Shown here piece after piece: positions 58,301 to 64,000 of a DNA stretch of 64,000 bases (the stretch's first letter is position 1; every line of letters begins with the position of its first letter). The notes under the pieces were generated by a model. It saw only the letters and a list, made by a program, of their open reading frames with translations. It was not told the DNA's origin and did not search any database. The DNA is from Candidatus Spongiisociaceae bacterium (lineage in GTDB: Bacteria > Actinomycetota > Acidimicrobiia > Spongiisociales > Spongiisociaceae): assembly GCA_965219685.1 (NCBI GenBank), contig CBDCOH010000002.1, positions 896,001-960,000 of the forward strand. Direction: 5' to 3'. The position numbers were made by a program, and so were the translations under genes.

Positions 58301-58677
58301 CGGAACAGGCCAAGCACGCGGCCCACCGCCCGGTACTGGCCGGCTCCGGCTTCGATGGGAATGCGCATGTAGTCGGAATCGAACAGCCAACCGCCGAAGT
58401 CGTGATCCTTGCGCTCGAGGCTGTCCACCATCGTTCTCAGGTCTATGCCCGGCCGCGCCAGTCCCAGGTACTCGTCGGCGTCCAGCAAATCAGGCCCGCC
58501 CGGAAGGACCGGTGTGTCTTGGTGGACGGGAGTGTCGATGTGGAGTAGCTGCCAACCGTCGGGCATTCCCTGGTCCCAGCCGATCTCACGGAACCGTTCT
58601 TCGAGGGTCTGCTTCAGGTAGCGCAGGGTCTTGCCACCTGAGCCGCCGAGGCCGATGATCAGGAACTGTTGCAGCAC
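55345..58677 (-). CDS. Divergent tubulin/FtsZ-like GTPase (Tubulin_2 / FtsZl1 type), 1110 aa
   Basis: FLIIGLGGSGGKT (T1), IDT, GAGQYRAVGR (T3), SSLAGGTGAG (T4 signature); SD AAGGAG before the GTG; long helical C-terminal extension. Confidence 0.9.
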   Translation of the reverse strand: MLQQFLIIGLGGSGGKTLRYLKQTLEERFREIGWDQGMPDGWQLLHIDTPVHQDTPVLPGGPDLLDADEYLGLARPGIDLRTMVDSLERKDHDFGGWLFDSDYMRIPIEAGAGQYRAVGRVLGLFRADEIQKRIRMKNQALLSAGAMAQLRQLAERAYGVSLAGESAATPAVIVVSSLAGGTGAGILMDVCDILRVDGDSWMDESIGILYSADVFVDLSEAASRGVYPNTAAALAEMLHGYYGDGEFTPPGGGAVQQRSGPAFPYLVGHTNTKGVGFGDQLAAYRFMARCLAAVMTDRRMQDDFTVYMKANWQASAGSFPTSGGDTLMLPDPPKYYGAIQALGFAEVDLGVGRLGTYAEQRITRDAIEFLLGDYVRAAKKQRRYENHTTAEIVEDLAEDAFTRFLRRCGINERGRDNNQVLDSIGLQDAELDAVFRDVADQVRYEASEEVGSKARALRWVDCIVEGVEVRRAGVLKKLDDRLRDEALKWVEHITDRIVKVVGANVADYGAQVALRLLAKADAEMEHVAEELESERQEELAWAGHLRSDVLDAIGMGPGTLPADHEGVRNAIGKAIQTGLVHPYNADHRLIASRLLADLRDGVLQPLREAIEHAYDALRQAVEADRSEAGSTPIDDWPRHNPASDRLVPDALQPGASTMLVIDPEDFPRLFEEHTMDSAGTTGLEEAWAKVRRTVITGEAEQSVMEPWMLPDSAWSAPEWLAAGDAAPRRASFTVRISRDDILSRARAWLRTDGSTWKETLALGLRGYLSDSLPPAVRAPRDQRFRKCLEKAFEAAEPLVSVDREMVQQVHPGSDLRIRPVTSPIPVAGLPVEPLVREYLLPQLDRDAEAVEQTINQSERETRVAVYTSLGGALHPVCFDSLTKPIADAWRKEHDTSNLVSFWNARRSRALSRATPIPRPMLSALIRGWFIGRMLGLVEIEDRTVAITTEHGVLRFEPTLPVGGQPWNVLASLLEGLCLAFPVAADRKDAGKFLGPYARLVEWGRSPGARGPDLKAFTRPSRVLSNWLATGNTAGVRSPVIRGGDERSRRRDAIELLGRQVDLYDEQIAEDRGSDQRTRIAWLGIADLVTQELTNIKFCLERDDSGRPELL

Positions 58678-58737
58678 GGTTGCTCTCCTTGGTTGGATCC
58701 GGATTTCCCGGGCGCGGGCTGCCGGACGCGGGTTGGT

Positions 58738-61134
58738 TCACTCATCGGGCGCCGTCTCTTCCGGCGCCGGGATACTCGCGAGCGCATCCCTGACATAGCC
58801 GGCGAACTGATCCTCGGTGGGGGTGGAAGGGTCGACCGGCGCTATCACGACCCCGTGATGCGGCGCGGGTCCCGACACGTCTATCAGGACGATGGGTTCG
58901 TGGAGCCGACGTTCCGATCGCAGGTCGGGCGACCGGTCCGAGACGTTGGTGGCATCGCGGCCCGAGCCGACCACGCCGACGAAGCGGCGCCCTGCAAGTG
59001 ACAGCCGGACGTAGGGAGGGCGCCAGGGTCGCCATGGCGTCTTACGTACAGCGCGCAGGTCACCCGCCTGGAGAGTGCTAGGCGAGTGGCGCGCTCTCCG
59101 GAGCTGGGCCTCCGACAAGTCGGACACGAGCGTCCATCCGTCCGCCACACGGAAGGTTGTGTATCGCGTGCGCCGGGGTCGCCGGATCCGACCTGCGACG
59201 CGGTTGATCCCGTAGAGCCACCCCCATATGAGCGCCAGGAGGAGGGCGAGCATCGCCGCGATGAGGATCGTCTCGACGGCCACGTTGCGTGGATGGTCGA
59301 AGCTGACGGATACCGCTAGCGGTACCTGTCGTGTCAGCCCTGCCGGGTCCGCGGGGTCGGTGACGTACGCGAACAGGAGTATGTGGTCGTCCGGTGTCTG
59401 GACCGAGCGGTCGAGACGCACGTGCAGTTCGACGGGCTCGGGGTCGCCGGAGGACCAGGCAGTTGCTCCGTCCGGGAAAGACAGTTCGATTCCGACCGGG
59501 ATCCCGTCGGTGCCCAAGATGGGATCGACCGGCAGCAGCCGTATCTCTCCTTCCCGGCCGTCGGCCTCGATGACGATGGGGATGGCGAACTCGGTGGCTT
59601 CGATGGATCCCAACGCCGGCTCGGTGACCCGGAGTATCGGTCCGTCGGGAAGATCGACCACCGTGAAGGTGACCGATGCCGTGGCGGGATCGGAGTGTTC
59701 GGATACGAGGCGGACTTCGAAGGTGTGGTCTCCCACGGCGAGTGGCGGCGACCGGAACCGTCCCGAGCCGATGCGTGGGGGCGTGATCAGCACACCGTCG
59801 AGAACGAAATCGAGAAACGGTTCGTCGACCTCGGCAAGCTGCGCCGCCCCGGTCAGGAGCGAGAAGTCGATGGGTGTGTCAGGAAATATCGGGCTGGTCT
59901 CGATCCGGATGGAGAGGGTCGGAACTTCGAGGACGACGGAGCCACAGACCTCCTCGACTCCTTCACCATGGACCTCGGTCGAGGTGTAAGGAACCTCGGA
60001 ATAGTCGAGAACGATCCGGCGGGCTCGGTCGCCGTCCTCGAGACGGTGAGCGGGATGGTTGGTGGACAGTTCCGGGGAGTCGCCCTCCGCTACCACCACC
60101 GCGGATCGGACGAACGCCGGAGCGATCCCGTCCGGCAGTCTCCCGTCCCACAGGATGCCGTCGTGGGAGGCGACGGTGAGCCAGGGCCCGGAGAGGTCTT
60201 CGCAGGCCCGCGATGGGGGCATGGTGGTGGTCGTGGCCACGGTCGTAGTAGTGGTCGGGAGGGTCGTGGTGGTTGGCGTAGTCGTTGTGGGAGGTGGCGG
60301 CGGCTCTACGAACTTGAACTCCGGCTGTGTGGTCGTCTGCAGGGCGATGTGATCCCCGCAACGGCCCTGCTCCATCATTTCGAGAAGGGTCTTGGTATCG
60401 CCGGATGGAGGGTCCCCCACGTAGAAGAGACGGATGTCGATGCGGGCCCCGAGTTGCGCGAGACGACCCGAGAGGTTCTCGTAGCCAGGTGCGACTGTGC
60501 TTTCCCGGGACTCGTCGCCGCAAACCGCGGGGATCAGGAGATCTGCGACATCGTTGCCGATCCGCCGGCTGGTGAGCGGGCGTTCCAGGCCGTCGTAGGG
60601 TCGAGGTGTCCGGTCACCCCTATGAGCATCGCTGAGATCGTGAAGTCCGTCGGTCAACCACACGACCCGATGGCAGTCGGCTGACCAATCGAGATCGAGC
60701 AGTCCGTATAGGGCGGACACGTAGTCGGTGTTCAGGTCGTGGTCACCGAACCGTTCGATCGTGGACACCACGTCGTCGTTGCCGCTCGCCTTGAGGTCGG
60801 TGAACTCGCGACGCAGTTCGAAATCGGTGCCGAAGGTGGCCAATCCGAGGCGGACCCGCAGTCCCGCCTCCACGGACCTCTCGAGGGAGGCCACGTAACG
60901 CTTGGCGGCGGCGATCCGCTGGCCGTCCGGGTCGTTGGTACGCAGGGACTGGGACTCGTCCATCAGTATCAAAACGTCCCACGACCGCGCCTCGGGAGGG
61001 CAGAACGCGTCCGCTCTCACAGGATCCTGATCCTGACCTCCGGAGGGAACGGCGACCATGGTGCTAGTCGTCACGGCGATGAGAACGGAGATGGTGAAGA
61101 CAATCGGGCGACCGGGACGGGCCGCCTGGTTCAC
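58738..61134 (-). CDS. Exported, membrane-anchored vWA domain protein
   Basis: Signal-like N-terminus; MIDAS DESQS...NTDY...LTDG; Pro/Thr linker; beta-rich domains; TM near aa 620; basic cytoplasmic tail; GTG overlaps the upstream TGA. Confidence 0.88.
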   Translation of the reverse strand: MNQAARPGRPIVFTISVLIAVTTSTMVAVPSGGQDQDPVRADAFCPPEARSWDVLILMDESQSLRTNDPDGQRIAAAKRYVASLERSVEAGLRVRLGLATFGTDFELRREFTDLKASGNDDVVSTIERFGDHDLNTDYVSALYGLLDLDWSADCHRVVWLTDGLHDLSDAHRGDRTPRPYDGLERPLTSRRIGNDVADLLIPAVCGDESRESTVAPGYENLSGRLAQLGARIDIRLFYVGDPPSGDTKTLLEMMEQGRCGDHIALQTTTQPEFKFVEPPPPPTTTTPTTTTLPTTTTTVATTTTMPPSRACEDLSGPWLTVASHDGILWDGRLPDGIAPAFVRSAVVVAEGDSPELSTNHPAHRLEDGDRARRIVLDYSEVPYTSTEVHGEGVEEVCGSVVLEVPTLSIRIETSPIFPDTPIDFSLLTGAAQLAEVDEPFLDFVLDGVLITPPRIGSGRFRSPPLAVGDHTFEVRLVSEHSDPATASVTFTVVDLPDGPILRVTEPALGSIEATEFAIPIVIEADGREGEIRLLPVDPILGTDGIPVGIELSFPDGATAWSSGDPEPVELHVRLDRSVQTPDDHILLFAYVTDPADPAGLTRQVPLAVSVSFDHPRNVAVETILIAAMLALLLALIWGWLYGINRVAGRIRRPRRTRYTTFRVADGWTLVSDLSEAQLRRARHSPSTLQAGDLRAVRKTPWRPWRPPYVRLSLAGRRFVGVVGSGRDATNVSDRSPDLRSERRLHEPIVLIDVSGPAPHHGVVIAPVDPSTPTEDQFAGYVRDALASIPAPEETAPDE

Positions 61135-61547
61135 AACGGCCACTCTCTGGCGATCCGGACGGCGATGAGGTAGCCGCAGAGAAGGGCTCCCACGACTGAT
61201 GCGAGGAGGGACAGCCTGGCCAGGATGGTGGGTCTCCACCACCGTTCCTGCCACCTCGTCCGCTCGCGGAACCTTCCCAACTGGAACAGGGCGAAGCCCG
61301 GGAGCGAGAAGACGAGGACCGCCAAGATCCCGCCGGTTGCTCGCTGGAACGCCTGGTCACCGACTCTTCCGACCTCGTCGGCGGTCAGGGCTGCGGCTAC
61401 AGCCATAGAGGTACCGAGCAACGACACCAGGAGCCACAAGACCCATCGCGCGCCTCGCGGTGGCCGACGGTGAAGGTTCCTTCGCGGGTTTCTGGATCCG
61501 GCCTCCCGCTGCCTGGATCGCGGGTCGGACTCGAACCTATAGCTCAT
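61131..61547 (-). CDS. Small membrane protein (3 TM), first gene of the vWA-tubulin operon
   Basis: Three hydrophobic segments; stop overlaps the vWA start. Confidence 0.7.
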   Translation of the reverse strand: MSYRFESDPRSRQREAGSRNPRRNLHRRPPRGARWVLWLLVSLLGTSMAVAAALTADEVGRVGDQAFQRATGGILAVLVFSLPGFALFQLGRFRERTRWQERWWRPTILARLSLLASVVGALLCGYLIAVRIAREWPL

Positions 61548-61679
61548 GGCAGGTGGAGTTCCTGCGGTTGCTTCGCTGATGTAGTCACCGGAGTCGGCAC
61601 TGATATGTAGGTCTGTTCACCCTAGCCAGATTTGTAATTCGCGACACTCTACTCCCGGTGGGGGGTGACCACAACCGCG

Positions 61680-61800
61680 TTCCGGCTGGCTCGGTGGCCG
61701 GTGATTCTGGTTGGTCTGTGGCTGGTGGCCCGGGGTCACTCTGGGAAAGACCTGACCGCCGACAACTTTGCCGAGCCGTTGCCTGGTACCTGGCGCCTCG
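61680..61800 (+). repeat. Degenerate heptamer-like repeats at the right border of the tubulin cluster
   Basis: TGG/GGT-periodic tract ending CTGGTGGCCCGG (61722-61733, identical to 10700-10711), then gcctggt acctggc gcctcgt. Confidence 0.45.
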
Positions 61801-61805
61801 TAAGG

Positions 61806-63167
61806 TCAGCTGTCGGCGCGCGCGGGGAGGCGTTGGATGATCACGTCCAGCAGCTCTGCGGTCAGTCCGAGCGAACGAACCCCGATGCGTTCGTCGTTGC
61901 CGTGGAACATGCCCAGGAAGTCGCTGAACGGCACCCGGTCGTCGAAGAGGCCTACGCCGTAGGCCTTGACTCCCTTGGCCCGGAAGAAGCGGGCGTCGGT
62001 CGTGGCCGGTGTCATCGCCGGCACGACCCTCCGGCTCCCGGTCAGCGACTCGTAGGCGTCTCCGATCGCCTCCCAGAGTGGTCCCTCGGCGGCCGATGAG
62101 TTGGCCGGGTAATGGATCACCTTCTCTACGTCGACCTCGTCGTAGAGGGGTCCGAGCACCTTGCGGAGGTGGTCCTCCACGACCTGCTCCGTCTGGCCGG
62201 GCAGGACTCTCATGTCGAGCGTCGTGTCGGCCCGGTCGGCGACGGTGTTGGCCTTGGCTCCCCCGCTGACCAGGTTAGGACTGAGGGTCAGGTGGGTGCA
62301 GGCATGAACCCAGCGCGCCAGCAACGGATCCTCCACCGCCATCCGATCGATCTCGAAGTCGATCCGGTCGGGATCGAGGAGGGCGGCTACGCGTTCGGCG
62401 TCCCATCCGATCCCCTCCACGAACATGCGCCACTCGGGTGTCAACTCGACGGGGCTACCGGAGCCGGCGAGGGCGACGATGGCTTCGGCCACCTTGACCA
62501 CCGCGTTGTCCGTCCCGTAGGGCTGGCTGCCATGCGACGGGACCCCCGCACCGTGTAGGATCCTCCAGCAGGGTCCCTTCTCGGCGACCTTCACCGGATG
62601 GACGGGGGGTCGGCCGGGCTCGCGGACGGACGGGTAGGCGATCTCGGTCAGGACGTAGTCGCACTCGAGCATCTCCGGCCGGTTGTCCATGATCCAGCCC
62701 GCCCCGAGCCCGCCTCCCTGCTCCTCGTCCGCCACCCCCAGATACAGCAGATCACCCGCTGGCCGGCGGTTCCCCAGCAGGTAGGGCTTGAACACCACCG
62801 CCATGGCGGCGGTCACGTTAAGCATGTCGACTGCTCCGCGGCCCCACACCATTCCGTCCACGACCTCCGCCCCGAACGGGTCGACCGACCATCCCTCCTC
62901 GGTTACCGGCACCACATCGAGGTGTCCCATCAGCAGGAGGGCCGGCGCACCGGGGTCGGTACCCGGGACCCGGTAGACGATGCTCTGGCGCCCCGGCGCA
63001 GGCTCCATCACCTCGCCGGAGACGCCGAAGTACTCCTCGAGGGTCGCCACCGACCTTGCCTCGTGGCCGGACTGGGGCGTCCCGTCGTTCACGCAGCGGT
63101 TCCGGATGAGGGCTTGAAGGAGTTCGAGCACCTCGCCCTGCCTGCTCGTGATCGCGGCGTCGCTCAT
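61806..63167 (-). CDS. M20/M25/M40 family metallohydrolase
   Basis: MGHLDVVP, WGRGAVDML, ADEE, TDARF, FHGNDE. Confidence 0.93.
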   Translation of the reverse strand: MSDAAITSRQGEVLELLQALIRNRCVNDGTPQSGHEARSVATLEEYFGVSGEVMEPAPGRQSIVYRVPGTDPGAPALLLMGHLDVVPVTEEGWSVDPFGAEVVDGMVWGRGAVDMLNVTAAMAVVFKPYLLGNRRPAGDLLYLGVADEEQGGGLGAGWIMDNRPEMLECDYVLTEIAYPSVREPGRPPVHPVKVAEKGPCWRILHGAGVPSHGSQPYGTDNAVVKVAEAIVALAGSGSPVELTPEWRMFVEGIGWDAERVAALLDPDRIDFEIDRMAVEDPLLARWVHACTHLTLSPNLVSGGAKANTVADRADTTLDMRVLPGQTEQVVEDHLRKVLGPLYDEVDVEKVIHYPANSSAAEGPLWEAIGDAYESLTGSRRVVPAMTPATTDARFFRAKGVKAYGVGLFDDRVPFSDFLGMFHGNDERIGVRSLGLTAELLDVIIQRLPARADS

Positions 63168-63577
63168 ATCCCGAGCTTCTCCAACAGGTCGTACATCGTG
63201 GGGGTCAGGGTCAGCGACCGCAGTTCCTCGAGCGGCACGAAAGCCGCCGCTGCTGCGTCGTCCCCCGCGGCCAGATCGCCGCCCACCACCTTGCCCGCAT
63301 AGTCGACGATCACCACATGATGCTCAGGGGGATCACCCTCCCCGAGCGCCTCGCCGAGCCACACCACCCGTCCGAGTTCGACCTCGAGACCGGTCTCCTC
63401 CCTGATCTCGCGCACCGCGGCCTCGGTGAGGGGTTCCCCGTACCGGACCTTCCCTCCTGGTACGGCCCACGATCCCACCAGAGGCCCGCTGCCCCGCTCG
63501 ACCACCAACATCCGGCCGCGGTCGATGACGACCACCCCCACCCCGACCACGGGAGCCCGCTCGTCGGCGGCTGTCAT
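63164..63577 (-). CDS. NUDIX hydrolase
   Basis: Nudix box GGKVRYGEPLTEAAVREIREETGL. Confidence 0.93.
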   Translation of the reverse strand: MTAADERAPVVGVGVVVIDRGRMLVVERGSGPLVGSWAVPGGKVRYGEPLTEAAVREIREETGLEVELGRVVWLGEALGEGDPPEHHVVIVDYAGKVVGGDLAAGDDAAAAAFVPLEELRSLTLTPTMYDLLEKLGI

Positions 63578-64000
63578 CGGTTCGCCCTGAAGGTCGCTCC
63601 GATCCGGCGCCCGCCGTCGGGCCGGTCGCTGTGGTGCATCACGATCGAGCGCGCCGAGAAGCCTCCCGCCTCGAAGAAGTTCTTGGCGAGGCGGTGTCCG
63701 GGCAGCACGTGGGCGTCGAACAGTTCGTGGCCCAGGCTGCGAAAGTCGTCCATCAGGGTGTCACGCATGATCTCCCCGACCCCTACGCCGCGGGCCTGCT
63801 CCTCCACGAACACCAGCCTGATCGCCGCGATCATCGTGTTGCCCTCGTGGGCGAGCATGGACTCGGAGCGCCCGTAGATGAAGCCCAGCGGGTAGCCGTC
63901 GACCTCACCCAGGTAGAGCCTGGAAACGCGGTCGTCGATCCGGGCGAGCAGGGACTCCTCGACCGGTTCCTCGAGGCCGTCGGCGCGGGGCCACATGGGA
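63574..64000 (-). CDS. GNAT family N-acetyltransferase, 5'-truncated by the window edge
   Basis: VFVEEQARGVGVG, PGHR.AKNFFEAGGF. Confidence 0.85.
   Translation of the reverse strand, partial: PMWPRADGLEEPVEESLLARIDDRVSRLYLGEVDGYPLGFIYGRSESMLAHEGNTMIAAIRLVFVEEQARGVGVGEIMRDTLMDDFRSLGHELFDAHVLPGHRLAKNFFEAGGFSARSIVMHHSDRPDGGRRIGATFRANR

Noticed and set aside
55345-58677. Calling the tubulin-like gene ftsZ
   Set aside because: About three times FtsZ length, no T7 motif or C-terminal core peptide, and no dcw context.

Overview
High-GC actinomycete chromosomal segment. The gene set and order (mshD, the pgsA2-garA-MerR-BFN-MerR block, and tlyA-nadK-recN...pyrG...xerD-scpAB-rluB-aroA-cmk-der) point to Actinomycetota, most likely Acidimicrobiia (inference). 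Most genes lie on the minus strand. Core genes: EF-G-like (partial), gltA, thrS, mshD, hpt, a D,D-carboxypeptidase, an Opp/Dpp ABC transporter, tRNA-Pro(GGG), der, ispH, cmk, aroA, rluB, scpAB, xerD, pyrG, recN, nadK, tlyA and a rhomboid. Accessory inserts: (1) a MazF/PemK toxin-antitoxin pair bracketed by heptamer arrays; (2) an SBD-HNH (phosphorothioate-dependent-type) nuclease, DUF1295 and photolyase between pyrG and xerD; (3) a ROK-regulated sugar/amino-sugar cluster (M20 amidohydrolase, internally duplicated SBP, permease, YhfX-like PLP enzyme, ATPase, NagB) between recN and pyrG; (4) a ~9.3 kb four-gene operon encoding a small membrane protein, a membrane-anchored vWA protein, an 1110-aa divergent tubulin/FtsZ-like GTPase and a 1023-aa polytopic membrane protein. 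Cluster (4) is the best candidate for an uncharacterised system. A second signal is a family of 7-bp-period intergenic repeats that mark gene ends and accessory-cassette borders, including what look like filled and empty sites. Two genes appear to start at CTG codons overlapping the upstream TGA. No CRISPR array, rRNA, transposase or phage gene was seen. All calls are from motif recognition by eye; no database searches were run.
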